Assembly (NCBI GenBank): GCA_016933575.1
Contig: JAFGAR010000163.1
Location: forward strand, 1-54,728
Source of the DNA: Candidatus Thorarchaeota archaeon
GTDB lineage: Archaea; Asgardarchaeota; Thorarchaeia; Thorarchaeales; Thorarchaeaceae
DNA: 54,728 nucleotides
Reading direction: 5' to 3'
The translations under genes and the position numbers were made by a program. Below are positions 26,161 to 35,389 of the stretch, one piece after another. The first letter of the stretch is position 1, and every line of letters starts with the position of its first letter. The notes beneath the pieces were generated by a model. It had not been told where the DNA came from. It did not search any database and saw only the letters and a program-made list of their open reading frames with translations.

Positions 26161-27132
26161 GTGGTTAGAGGAGAATTTGTTGGTTTGATTCGAGAAGCAG
26201 CCATAAATGAACACAAATCTAAGTATGAAAAGTGGATCTTTGATACTACACTTGATTACCAGGAGTATTCTCTTTCAAAAGGACTTGGAAAGCGAATCAG
26301 ATATCTCTCAGAGGAGCCACTATTAGTAGTACTAGGCGCGGGTATGTCTGAGACCACTGGGCCATTCTATAAAGAGTGGGAACAATACAAAGAGGATGTG
26401 ACTTCGGAGGATCCTGAGTCACTAACTGGATTCTGTGATTATTTTGAATATGGTGGTATTGAAGCAATTCCAAAGAGTGGAATCGAAGTCATCCCTAATC
26501 TTGTGAGAATGGGAAAGATGCCCGTATTTCTCGTATTCAACTATAATTGCCACCTAGAACTCTGTCTGGTCCTGTGTGATGTTGGATATGAATCGATTTC
26601 ATACAATGGAAAGAACACCTTTGAGGTCACTCGAGTAGGAAGACCAAAATGCACAATCTTCAAACCTCATGGGTCTTCAAGACTGATTGATAGACCGACC
26701 CAGATAATTTGGCCTGACTGGCCATCAAAGAAAGGTGAACCTGAAAATCGAGGACAATTCGAACTTCTGAATCATAAGATTCGGGAGAAGAAGATCAAGA
26801 ATAGCGCGATTCTTGGGTACTCTGGAAATTGGGATCCATACATGAAGAAACATATGCAGAGAATCTCAGAAAAATGCTCAATGATTCAATTTGGTCTGCC
26901 ACGTAATGTGGCTAGACCTCCTGCCACAACAAAATGGGGCATCTTAGAGAAGAATGGATTCATCACCGATTTTGACAAGGGTGGTACTGATTTTCTATAT
27001 GGTCTTTCAAAGCTAAATGGATTATCAAGACAATGCACAACGAAACAAAAGAGCCCTCTATCGACCCTATCTGAAAAGCTTGAACAGATTGATATTGAAA
27101 CAACATCGCTTTCTATCGAATCTACCCATTGA
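26161..27132 (+). CDS. SIR2-like (SIR2_2) domain protein, putative defence NADase
   Basis: VVLGAGMS, VFNYN (TNYD-like), IFKPHGS, ILGYSGNWD in canonical order. Start may be TTG 26185. Confidence 0.75.
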   Translation: MVRGEFVGLIREAAINEHKSKYEKWIFDTTLDYQEYSLSKGLGKRIRYLSEEPLLVVLGAGMSETTGPFYKEWEQYKEDVTSEDPESLTGFCDYFEYGGIEAIPKSGIEVIPNLVRMGKMPVFLVFNYNCHLELCLVLCDVGYESISYNGKNTFEVTRVGRPKCTIFKPHGSSRLIDRPTQIIWPDWPSKKGEPENRGQFELLNHKIREKKIKNSAILGYSGNWDPYMKKHMQRISEKCSMIQFGLPRNVARPPATTKWGILEKNGFITDFDKGGTDFLYGLSKLNGLSRQCTTKQKSPLSTLSEKLEQIDIETTSLSIESTH

Positions 27133-27272
27133 TATCTGATAGTCTGGAAGAATGAAGATATCCGCCTAGACTACATTATAACATTGGCATTACCTTCCTG
27201 CCAATTCTGTTCTATCAATACTACTAAGAGCCTTGATCACTCTACTCTACATTGGTTTCTAGGGTGATTTGA

Positions 27273-28016
27273 GTGAAAGATGCGATCCAAGAGTCTAGAA
27301 GAATAATTTCAGAAGCCAGAGAGCGGGGTGTGACCCTTCGACTGATAGGCGGTCTTGCCTTTCGGCAACATTGCAATGAACTTGCTTTCTGCGAGCGTGA
27401 ATATGGCGATATAGACCTAGTTGGTCTGTCGCACGAATCCTCTCGAATAATTAATACTCTGACAGCCCTAGGATACAAAGAAAATATCACCTACACGCTT
27501 GCCTCTGGGGGAAATCGTCTCTTATTTGAGAAACCGGACTCACAAGACCATGTTGACATCTTTCTCGACAAATTACGAATGGAGCACGATATCACTCTAA
27601 GACATAGACTCGACATTGAAGAATTCACAATCTCTGTGAGTGACCTCTTAATATGCAAGTTGATCATTATGAATCTGAACGAGAAGGACTATCGTGATAT
27701 CATCACCATTGTAAAGGACCTCACTCTTGGAGAAGTTGACGCTCCATCTGTGATTAATACTAAGTATCTAGCTAAGATTTGCTCCAGTAGATGGGGTCTC
27801 TACTACGATGTCATCGCATCTCTTGATAAATGTATAAAATTTCTAGACTATTATCAACTTGATGAAGTAGTAGCTAGAGAGGTTTTAAAGCGGCTTGCAC
27901 TGATTAAGCAACGTATTGTTGACCATCCGAAATCTTTACGATGGAAACTCCGGAATCATGTTGGAAAACGGCTTCAATGGCGAAAAATAGTTGAGCTTGA
28001 ACATATTGCAAGATAA
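27273..28016 (+). CDS. Nucleotidyltransferase-superfamily protein
   Basis: LRLIGGLAF...REYGDIDLV (GG plus DxD), HVDIF, DLL..KL, KDYRD. Confidence 0.72.
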   Translation: MKDAIQESRRIISEARERGVTLRLIGGLAFRQHCNELAFCEREYGDIDLVGLSHESSRIINTLTALGYKENITYTLASGGNRLLFEKPDSQDHVDIFLDKLRMEHDITLRHRLDIEEFTISVSDLLICKLIIMNLNEKDYRDIITIVKDLTLGEVDAPSVINTKYLAKICSSRWGLYYDVIASLDKCIKFLDYYQLDEVVAREVLKRLALIKQRIVDHPKSLRWKLRNHVGKRLQWRKIVELEHIAR

Positions 28017-28304
28017 GAAACCACAAAAATGCATCACGTCAAAATCTGCGGGCTAGATGAAACCACATCAATTTACTACTTTTTCGAGAAGTGGACTTTT
28101 ATTAATGGGGCTATTCTTGAATCTAGACCAAAATAGACCTATACGGTTCCAGGAACTACAAACGAAAAGTATAGCCCTCAATAACAGAAGCAATCTCAAA
28201 TCACATTTGGGGCCGCACACACACAATCACAACTAATCATTCTTTGTAACAACTTGCTTCTGACCAATAATACTATTTAATGGGAATTGATATTCGCCCA
28301 ATCT

Positions 28305-28502
28305 ATGAGTTCATTCTGGGATGATCTTCCGAGAGTAGCCCCTATCTGCCTGATTGTGTTTTTCGGTGTAGTAATTATTCTTGTGGGCTTTATCTTTCAG
28401 CGATTTCTTCCAACAGCTGGAAGCGCTGTTTTTGTTCTTATGGTCCTCCTGTTCAGCATCTCACTCTGCATATTTGGAATTAGACAGGGTGCCCTAGATT
28501 GA
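28305..28502 (+). CDS. Small 2-TM hypothetical protein
   Basis: Two hydrophobic helices; TATA-like TATTTAA upstream; ATG 28305. Confidence 0.55.
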   Translation: MSSFWDDLPRVAPICLIVFFGVVIILVGFIFQRFLPTAGSAVFVLMVLLFSISLCIFGIRQGALD

Positions 28503-28503
28503 A

Positions 28504-29304
28504 CTATCCCGCTCCAAATAGGAATGTAAACACATTATCTAGCGACATCATGATGAGAAAACCAACCATTAATCCCCATGTTGCTAATCTTTCATTACCC
28601 CCAGAATGGCTCTCGGGGACCATTTCATCTCCTACGACATACACCATCGCACCTGCAGCAAATGCAAGTCCATATGGTAAGAGTCCAACTGCGAATGTGA
28701 CCACTGAGACCCCCAGTAGACCCCCAATCGGTTCTACGAGGCCTGTTACCAAAGCCAATGCTGCTGCATACTTTCGAGAGTACCCTTGTCTCACCAATGG
28801 TGCTGCTACTGCAAGACCTTCCGGAATATTCTGCAATCCTATCGCCACCGCAACAGAGAGTCCTGTCAATATCTGGTCTCCACCGAACGACACACCTACA
28901 GCAAGCCCCTCTGGAAAATTATGTATCGTTATCGCAATAACAAGAAGCCATACCCTACTCAACTTTGAATCTGGCCCCTCATGTCCCTTCTTGAAATGCT
29001 CGTGTGGAAGAAATCTATCTGTGGCATATACAAAGAGAGCACCTAGCATAAATCCAAAACCAACTATCGTAAAGACCCCAGTCCACCCCGCAATTTGTAC
29101 TGCTTGTTCTTCAAATGCTGGGACGAGCAGACTGAATGCTGAGGCCGCCAGCATGACTCCAGCTGCAAAACCAAGCATGAGGTCAAGAGTTCTTCTACTG
29201 AAGTCTTTCTTGATAAATATTGGAATCGCTCCTAGTCCTGTTGCGGTCCCAGCTAAAAGACTCGCAATAATTCCCAATGAAAAGGGATCTGAGAGAAGTT
29301 GCAT
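28504..29304 (-). CDS. zupT: ZIP family (ZupT/GufA) divalent metal transporter
   Basis: GFAAGVML, HNFPEGLAVG, QNIPEG, AAGAM.YVV..EM.PE. Confidence 0.93.
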   Translation of the reverse strand: MQLLSDPFSLGIIASLLAGTATGLGAIPIFIKKDFSRRTLDLMLGFAAGVMLAASAFSLLVPAFEEQAVQIAGWTGVFTIVGFGFMLGALFVYATDRFLPHEHFKKGHEGPDSKLSRVWLLVIAITIHNFPEGLAVGVSFGGDQILTGLSVAVAIGLQNIPEGLAVAAPLVRQGYSRKYAAALALVTGLVEPIGGLLGVSVVTFAVGLLPYGLAFAAGAMVYVVGDEMVPESHSGGNERLATWGLMVGFLIMMSLDNVFTFLFGAG

Positions 29305-29620
29305 CGTTGCTGCCTCGAATGGAAGCCGACATACTTATGCACTATAAGGCACTTACTGTTGATTGATTAGCTTGAGTCAATAGATAAAATGATGAGGTGG
29401 CCTCAGTTTTCCGAGGCTTGGAACGACAAACGAGTTACTGGTGGACGCAGAGCTATACTCGAATTTTCAAAGTGCCTCCAAATACTTCATCATGATATAG
29501 TTCGTATGATAGCTTATTAGCTCCTACCTCGGAAAGAATGAGCTAACTCTGTTTTGGAAGATTCAATATGCAAGTTTGTATATACAACACTCAGAGTCTT
29601 ACTACTGGAAGTGATGTGAA

Positions 29621-30109
29621 TTGTCAAAACAGGAACAATCTATGCCAAAAGAGAGATGGCGGAGGTCCCCTGAACTCCTTGAGGATGCCTTCTCGGCTTG
29701 GAAAAAAGCTGATGGTGCACTCAACCCGAGTTCTGTTGTTGCAACTACCGATGAGGATGGTGCCCCTCGTGTAGCACCATTTGGCAGTATGCGAGCAGTA
29801 ACACCGAAACTACTGCGTTTCATTGCGCATCGCTATCATGACACTCTAGCCAACTTAAAGAGAGACCCTCGAGTCATGGTCGCAATGATTTGCCCTCCAG
29901 ATCTTGCTTTGAGCGCTCGAGGAAAAGCTCGTATTATTGAGGAACCTTTTTCCCTTGATAACAACTATGCCCTGATAGAGATTGACATCGAAGAGGTCAA
30001 GAATGATATGCCAGTCAAAATCGGTATTGACTCTGGCATTACAATCTCGCCAAGTGGTCCCTTTGTAGCATGGTGGAATTCTCTCTGGGAGCGAATGGGT
30101 AAAGATTGA
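29621..30109 (+). CDS. Pyridoxamine 5'-phosphate oxidase-like FMN/F420-binding protein
   Basis: VATTDEDGAP.VAP, TLANL.RDPRV, GKARII. Confidence 0.8.
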   Translation: MSKQEQSMPKERWRRSPELLEDAFSAWKKADGALNPSSVVATTDEDGAPRVAPFGSMRAVTPKLLRFIAHRYHDTLANLKRDPRVMVAMICPPDLALSARGKARIIEEPFSLDNNYALIEIDIEEVKNDMPVKIGIDSGITISPSGPFVAWWNSLWERMGKD

Positions 30110-30150
30110 GACTGGTATTCGCTTGTCAAACTGGTGTGAAGAGGACTCAA

Positions 30151-30648
30151 TTAATCTGCGCCAGTTTGAGCTCTATTCAATTGACCGATTCCTGAAGAAG
30201 CCGCTTCCTTTGCAAGAATCCCATAAAAGGGGGGCGAAATCAGAGTAGTTGCAATACCAAGTTGGAACTGTAACAATGAGCCAACCTGTGTGCCTCCATC
30301 TATTTGTATTGTATAGACTGTTGTAGTGACTCCGAGAACAATCACAGACATGAACATCAGAAGCAAACCTTGCCCAAGGAGGAAGAGTTCCGAGTATCTA
30401 CTATCATAGGACCAGAGGTAATTTGTAAGTCTACAATTGATGATGCCCAGTATATATGAAACGAATACAAAACCAAGTGTCATCCATATCATTTTGTAAT
30501 CAGGAAGTAGTAACAGGTAAGTTGTATAGTACAATCCTCCAGAGATGGCTACAACTAGTCCCTGTAGATATACTTTCAAGGCTTCCATCAGACATGACTG
30601 TATTAATGCCTTGGAATCAGGGACTTCTCCTCCAATGGGTTCCACCAT
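30151..30648 (-). CDS. Hypothetical 4-TM membrane protein
   Basis: Four hydrophobic segments; strong GGAGG RBS upstream. Confidence 0.7.
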   Translation of the reverse strand: MVEPIGGEVPDSKALIQSCLMEALKVYLQGLVVAISGGLYYTTYLLLLPDYKMIWMTLGFVFVSYILGIINCRLTNYLWSYDSRYSELFLLGQGLLLMFMSVIVLGVTTTVYTIQIDGGTQVGSLLQFQLGIATTLISPPFYGILAKEAASSGIGQLNRAQTGAD

Positions 30649-30769
30649 TATATTCTCTCCCTCCGCAAGATGGATAATACTAGGGAGTAGTTTTGATTAA
30701 GACTTTCGGAGATTCTGAATTATTCTGAAAACATAGAAAGAACTAGAACTAGCAAATTTTGAAAAAGCA

Positions 30770-30875
30770 TGGTGGGCCCGGGGCGATTTGAACGCCCGGC
30801 CGACAGGTTATGAGCTTCAACACACCAGCGAAGTTCTGAGTGTACTGCTGCTCTACCAAGCTGAGCTACGGGCCC
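30770..30875 (-). tRNA. tRNA-Ile2(CAU) (agmatidine-type) with a 29-nt non-canonical intron at 30/31
   Basis: GGGCCCG TA GCTC AGCTTGGTA GAGC A GCAG[intron 30816-30844]G CTCATAA CCTGT CGGCC GGGCG TTCAAAT CGCCC CGGGCCC A CCA. BHB helix CAGC/GTTG with AG|T and AA|G bulges. A GGGCCC acceptor is typical of archaeal Ile tRNAs rather than Met. Confidence 0.85.
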
Positions 30876-30913
30876 TTTAACTATGCAGGCAGATGTTGTG
30901 CATTTAGTTTACG

Positions 30914-30924
30914 ATATTAACGTT
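30914..30924 (-). promoter_or_regulatory. Putative tRNA promoter (AACGTTAATAT)
   Basis: Identical to the 11-mer upstream of tRNA-Asn. Confidence 0.6.
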
Positions 30925-31091
30925 ACGAATGGAAATCATATTCGCCCAACACAGCAGTGGAATGAGATATTGTAAAAGAGAGAGCCTAAATTTTCATAGA
31001 AGTTGCCTATACCTGTGGTCTCTGTTTGGTGTTTTCTCCGACTTTAAATTCCATTAGCAGAACTACGAGAAAACTCCTAGTGTGATCTCAA

Positions 31092-31442
31092 ATGATTCTA
31101 TTGTTCACATCGAATCACTGTGCATGGTGTGAGGTTCTCAAGAACATGCTACTTGAGAAATACGAGGAGTTTGGTCAGCTGGATACTATCTACGAGGTCA
31201 ATGTTGATGTACACTACCACATAGCTGAAGCCTATGGGATATTAGTAGTCCCAACTCTTGTTGCAGGGATGCAGAAGATTACGGGAGTCCCCACTGAAAC
31301 TGACTTGAGATCATTCATTCTGCAGATAACTTCTGGTGCAAAGGCTAAAGGAAAGAAAGTACCAGCAAGCTCGTTCTTACGAGAGGCTCGAAAAATCCAG
31401 AAAACCCAGGTGCAAGAGGAATCGCCTCTGCGTTCTACATAA
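31092..31442 (+). CDS. Thioredoxin-family protein
   Basis: FTSNHCAWC (CxxC), VNVD, AEAYGI..VPTL (cis-Pro). Confidence 0.85.
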   Translation: MILLFTSNHCAWCEVLKNMLLEKYEEFGQLDTIYEVNVDVHYHIAEAYGILVVPTLVAGMQKITGVPTETDLRSFILQITSGAKAKGKKVPASSFLREARKIQKTQVQEESPLRST

Positions 31443-31498
31443 AATCGGGTCCCCTACGCAATCTTAATAACCGCTTGGCAGAGTTCGCTGTCAATACC

Positions 31499-31576
31499 GC
31501 CCCGGTAGTGTAGTCCGGCCCAGCATCTAGGCCTTTCGAGTCTAAGACCCGGGTTCGAATCCCGGCCGGGGCACCA
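31499..31576 (+). tRNA. tRNA-Glu(UUC), intron-less, CCA encoded
   Basis: GCCCCGG...TAGGC CTTTCGA GTCTA...CCGGG TTCGAAT CCCGG CCGGGGC ACCA. Confidence 0.95.
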
Positions 31577-31597
31577 CTCTTTCTATAACTTCTTTGA

Positions 31598-32455
31598 TCA
31601 GTTTAGTGAGAGTCTCATATTGAAATTCGCAGCATTATACGAATGAGTCAGTGCTCCTGAAGAGATGACATCTATTGTGTTCCGTGCATAGTCTCGGATA
31701 TTTCCTTCATTAATTCCACCAGAGACCTCAAGGATTACCTTCTTACGAAGGCCTTCATGTTCAAGGACCTCGATCACACCACCAACATCCTTTGGTTTGA
31801 AATTATCAAGCAGTATTATATCAGCCCCTGCTGCAATCGCTTGCTGTACCTCTTGCAAAGTTCGTGCCTCACAAGAGATCTTCTTACTGAATGATACAGA
31901 TTGTCTTGCTGCACTCACCGCAGCGTGAACTCCTCCTGCGGCGGTAATATGGTTGTTCTTAATGAGCACCATATCATCAAGCGCATAACGATGTGGGTCC
32001 CCTCCACCAATGACAACAGCTCGTTTCTCAAAGAATCTAAAGCCTGGAGTTGTCTTTCTTGTGCATGCGACTCGTACCTTGGGATTCACCTCTCTAGCCG
32101 CACTGATCATTTTGTATGTCTTTGTGGCAATTCCACTCATCCGTTGAATGATATTGAGACAGACTCGTTCGATTGTGAGTAGAGTTCTTGCCTTTCCCTT
32201 CAATCGCATGACTGGGTCTTCGGGATTGACCCAGTTCCCCTCGAAGGCAAGTATTTCATAGGTGAGCCCTGAGAATTCAGCTATAGCCTTGATTTCTTCG
32301 ATTCCTGCTAAGACCACCTTTTCTCTTGCATAGATGGTTGCCACTGCTGTTTTCTCTGCTGGTATTGTTATTTCTGTGGTCAAATCTCCTGACCTGACAT
32401 CCTCAGCAATGAAATTCTTCAAAATATCAATGATATCTGGTGGAAGTTTGGTCAT
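31598..32455 (-). CDS. nadC: Nicotinate-nucleotide pyrophosphorylase (carboxylating)
   Basis: ED...GDLTT, ER..LN....SGIAT, TRKTTPG, HR..LDD.VLIK.NH, LLDN, SGGI. Confidence 0.95.
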   Translation of the reverse strand: MTKLPPDIIDILKNFIAEDVRSGDLTTEITIPAEKTAVATIYAREKVVLAGIEEIKAIAEFSGLTYEILAFEGNWVNPEDPVMRLKGKARTLLTIERVCLNIIQRMSGIATKTYKMISAAREVNPKVRVACTRKTTPGFRFFEKRAVVIGGGDPHRYALDDMVLIKNNHITAAGGVHAAVSAARQSVSFSKKISCEARTLQEVQQAIAAGADIILLDNFKPKDVGGVIEVLEHEGLRKKVILEVSGGINEGNIRDYARNTIDVISSGALTHSYNAANFNMRLSLN

Positions 32456-32468
32456 TTTATCACTCTAC

Positions 32469-33098
32469 CTACTTTCTTGGATGCTTTGGATCTCTCATGA
32501 TAGATCCCTTTGGTTTCTCTTCACCAAAAATCTCAGCTTGAAAGGACATGAACTCTGTCTTTAGGTCCTTCCATGCATCTGGCGGAAGTCCTGCCTTGTT
32601 ACATGTATGTTCTAAGAATTGCTTAGTATTCCATTCCCACTCAACAGGGACTTGTGGGAGAAGGAGTCCTCGCCACATGCCACGACTAGCAATAAGTCCA
32701 TCACGTCCAACTTCTACTTGATTAAGGAGTTCTTCTGGGTTTGAATATTTTATCTTCTTTGGAGGAGTTAAAACACTGAGTTCAACCAATATTGTGTCAA
32801 GTTCTCTTGGAGATACAGGGGGAAACCGCGAATCATGTACTGCCGAATCAACTGCAGAATCAATTACTGCTTCAACAAGAGGTTGAGTTGGATAAGGTCT
32901 TCCAATACATCCACGAAGTGAAACATGATTACCAGTTATGGAGTTCAGGGTCACGAAGACTCCGGATTTAGTAGTTAGATGTTTAGGCACATCATTTGGT
33001 ACACTTGGCTTGATTCTCTCTGCGACGTATTTGTCGACAGTGTTCCTTGCAAGTTTCACGAGTATTGCACCATCATCATCAGAATATGCATGTGACAC
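32469..33098 (-). CDS. AMMECR1 / AmmeMemoRadiSam protein A
   Basis: GVFVTL, LRGCIG, D.RF.PV...EL, GLLLPQV, C.KAGL. Confidence 0.92.
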   Translation of the reverse strand: MSHAYSDDDGAILVKLARNTVDKYVAERIKPSVPNDVPKHLTTKSGVFVTLNSITGNHVSLRGCIGRPYPTQPLVEAVIDSAVDSAVHDSRFPPVSPRELDTILVELSVLTPPKKIKYSNPEELLNQVEVGRDGLIASRGMWRGLLLPQVPVEWEWNTKQFLEHTCNKAGLPPDAWKDLKTEFMSFQAEIFGEEKPKGSIMRDPKHPRK

Positions 33099-33153
33099 TT
33101 GGTTTCAACTCAATCTTTCCTGTGTAACTCTACCGTTATTTGTTTTGCACTAC

Positions 33154-34467
33154 TCATCCTTTTCGTACTGGCACTCTTCCTGCAATCCCTGGTCCTATAA
33201 CGAATCTTCCATTACTATAGACAATCTCTCCCCCCACAATTGTTGTAATAGGACGAGCAAGAACCCGACGCCCCTCGAATGGTGTAATCTTTGCCCTCGA
33301 GAAGAAATGGGCCCCTTTGATTTGCCATTCCTCTTTCCGGACAAGAACGATATCTGCATCATAACCCTCTGCAAGGATGCCCTTGTTTGAAATCCCTAGA
33401 ATGGTTGCAGGCCCTGAGCAGCAGCACCTCAGATAGTCGACCCACATCAATCGTCCTTCAAAGACCTCAGTCAGCATTAATGGTAGGGTAGTTTCAAGTC
33501 CAGGAATTCCTGATGCTGCCTCAAGGAATGGTGCCAGCTTCTCTGATTCCTTATGAGGTGCATGATCTGATGCAACACAATCAATTGCGCATTGTTGGCA
33601 CAATGCTTGGGAAAGCATCTTACTATCATATGGTGACCTCAATGGAGGTAGCATCTTTGCAACTCCATTGTCATGAGCAAAATCCCCTCCTGAGAGAAAC
33701 ATATGATGTGGTGTGACTTCTGCTGTTAGAGTGTGCTCAGCTCGATGTTTGAGAATCAAACGTGCTGTAGCCGCACAACTCACGTGGCAGACATGCATTC
33801 TCGCTTCATACTCAACCTTAGCATCTAGGAATGCTTGTAGAGAACTAACTTCGCTCTCACAACTGTGTATCGAAAAGAATTCTTCTTGGTCATCAGCGAT
33901 GTCATCCTTCTTTGATGAATCCGGATGGAAAAGAAGAGGCAAATCATTCTCTTTTGCCAGTTCCAAGCAGTCTTTGATTCGTTTCTTGGTGTATTCAGTT
34001 CCTTTAGTAAGGGGCGAATGCGGATACACCTTAAATCCCAGAATGTTAGGGACTATCGAGCGCTCAAAAATAGGGATGCTCTTTGGTATACCTGCATAGA
34101 ATCCAACATTCACATAGCGTTTTGCACTTGCACTTTCTATTTTCCTATCTAATACTTTTCTAGAAAGAACAGGCGGGTTCGAGTTCGGCATATCTACGAC
34201 GGTTGTAACACCTCCCGCAGCTGCAGCCATAGTGCCTGTTTCATAGTCCTCTTTCTCACATTGGTCCAAGTCTCGAAGATGCACATGCATATCGATAAGT
34301 CCCGGAAGGATGTATAGCCCTCTACTATCTATGATCTTTCGAGACTCGGGTTCCTCCCCATGCTTGTAAATACCCTCTATTTTACCCCTGTCGATGGATA
34401 CGGATAGAACCGTTTCTCTATCTCTTACAACGACTATACCATCTTTAAGGACCAAATCAACAGTCAT
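33154..34467 (-). CDS. pyrC: Dihydroorotase (amidohydrolase)
   Basis: PGLIDMHVHLR, AAAGGVTTV.DMPN, EVTPHH, K..PPLR, SDHAPH, GIPGLET, S....TPF.G. Confidence 0.88.
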   Translation of the reverse strand: MTVDLVLKDGIVVVRDRETVLSVSIDRGKIEGIYKHGEEPESRKIIDSRGLYILPGLIDMHVHLRDLDQCEKEDYETGTMAAAAGGVTTVVDMPNSNPPVLSRKVLDRKIESASAKRYVNVGFYAGIPKSIPIFERSIVPNILGFKVYPHSPLTKGTEYTKKRIKDCLELAKENDLPLLFHPDSSKKDDIADDQEEFFSIHSCESEVSSLQAFLDAKVEYEARMHVCHVSCAATARLILKHRAEHTLTAEVTPHHMFLSGGDFAHDNGVAKMLPPLRSPYDSKMLSQALCQQCAIDCVASDHAPHKESEKLAPFLEAASGIPGLETTLPLMLTEVFEGRLMWVDYLRCCCSGPATILGISNKGILAEGYDADIVLVRKEEWQIKGAHFFSRAKITPFEGRRVLARPITTIVGGEIVYSNGRFVIGPGIAGRVPVRKG

Positions 34468-34521
34468 CTGTCAATCACGCCAATGATGTTAGCAGTTGAA
34501 CATAGCTAACATTGAACAATC

Positions 34522-35340
34522 TTATTCAGATGCACTCTGCACCTTAAACTTGTTTGCCACAAAGCGTGTGAAATCTGTTGCACTGATCATGCCAACTAAT
34601 CTGTTACCCTTTCCAACAACTGGAAGTGTATTTAGCTTGGCTTCTAGCATCTTGGCTGCGGCTGTTGCAATAGAATCTTCTGGAGATACTAATGGTGGTT
34701 GCTGGAGCATTGCATCAACAACGCGTATCTGTCTTACTTGATTTGCTCTATGCTTATCTGGCACTTCAACAGTGAATCTCGCCATTGCGTCTGCAACCAT
34801 TCGTTCTGTGATGAGGCCTAAGACCCTACCACCATCGGTAACTGGCATACCAGAATAACCTGCTGCAAGCATATCGCCTCTTGCCTTTATTAGACGTGCT
34901 ACTGGATTGACTTGGAGGATGTCCTCTTTAGTCATGAGTTCCTCTACTTTGACTTTATCAAATCTTTCAACAAGTCTGGATATCTCAACTTTGGTTATGA
35001 CACCCACAAGTGCTCCTTCTGCATTAACAACTGGGCATCCACTCATTCCTCTCTCAATCATTAATTGAGCCACATCAGTTACCTCATCATCCGGGCTCAC
35101 TGTAATTACTGTGTCAGTCATTGCGCTGGATACATGGAGTCTTTTAATCGAGAGTGCTACTACCTTACTTACACCTAATCTATCAGCGATGTCCGCATAT
35201 GTCAAAATACCTTGAAGCTCTCCATTTTGAACTACTACTAATCGTTCTACACCTTTCTTCTCAAGTAGTTCAAGAGCATGGGATAGACGTTGATCCTTAT
35301 CAATTGTGACTGGTTCAACCATAATTTGGCTTACTTGCAT
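34522..35340 (-). CDS. CBS-domain protein (4 CBS repeats)
   Basis: Four repeats of the pattern M...(V/L)...PV....LVG.IT..D. Confidence 0.9.
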   Translation of the reverse strand: MQVSQIMVEPVTIDKDQRLSHALELLEKKGVERLVVVQNGELQGILTYADIADRLGVSKVVALSIKRLHVSSAMTDTVITVSPDDEVTDVAQLMIERGMSGCPVVNAEGALVGVITKVEISRLVERFDKVKVEELMTKEDILQVNPVARLIKARGDMLAAGYSGMPVTDGGRVLGLITERMVADAMARFTVEVPDKHRANQVRQIRVVDAMLQQPPLVSPEDSIATAAAKMLEAKLNTLPVVGKGNRLVGMISATDFTRFVANKFKVQSASE

Positions 35341-35389
35341 ACTTACATCCTCCTCTGTTGTATAGTGATTGGAGCGTGACTAGAGCCGA

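Noticed and set aside
28029-28136. 35-aa ORF starting MHHVKICGL (TrpF-like start)
   Set aside because: Similarity stops after six residues, there is no RBS, and it is probably chance.
28499-29347. 282-aa plus-strand ORF
   Set aside because: Antisense shadow of the ZIP transporter gene.
20600-30700. Integrated provirus or transposon
   Set aside because: No integrase, transposase, capsid gene, terminal inverted repeat or duplicated tRNA end found by eye.
30770-30875. Calling the CAU tRNA as tRNA-Met or initiator
   Set aside because: It lacks the A1-U72 pair and the GGG/CCC anticodon stem of initiators. The GGGCCC acceptor fits Ile2, though elongator Met is not fully excluded.
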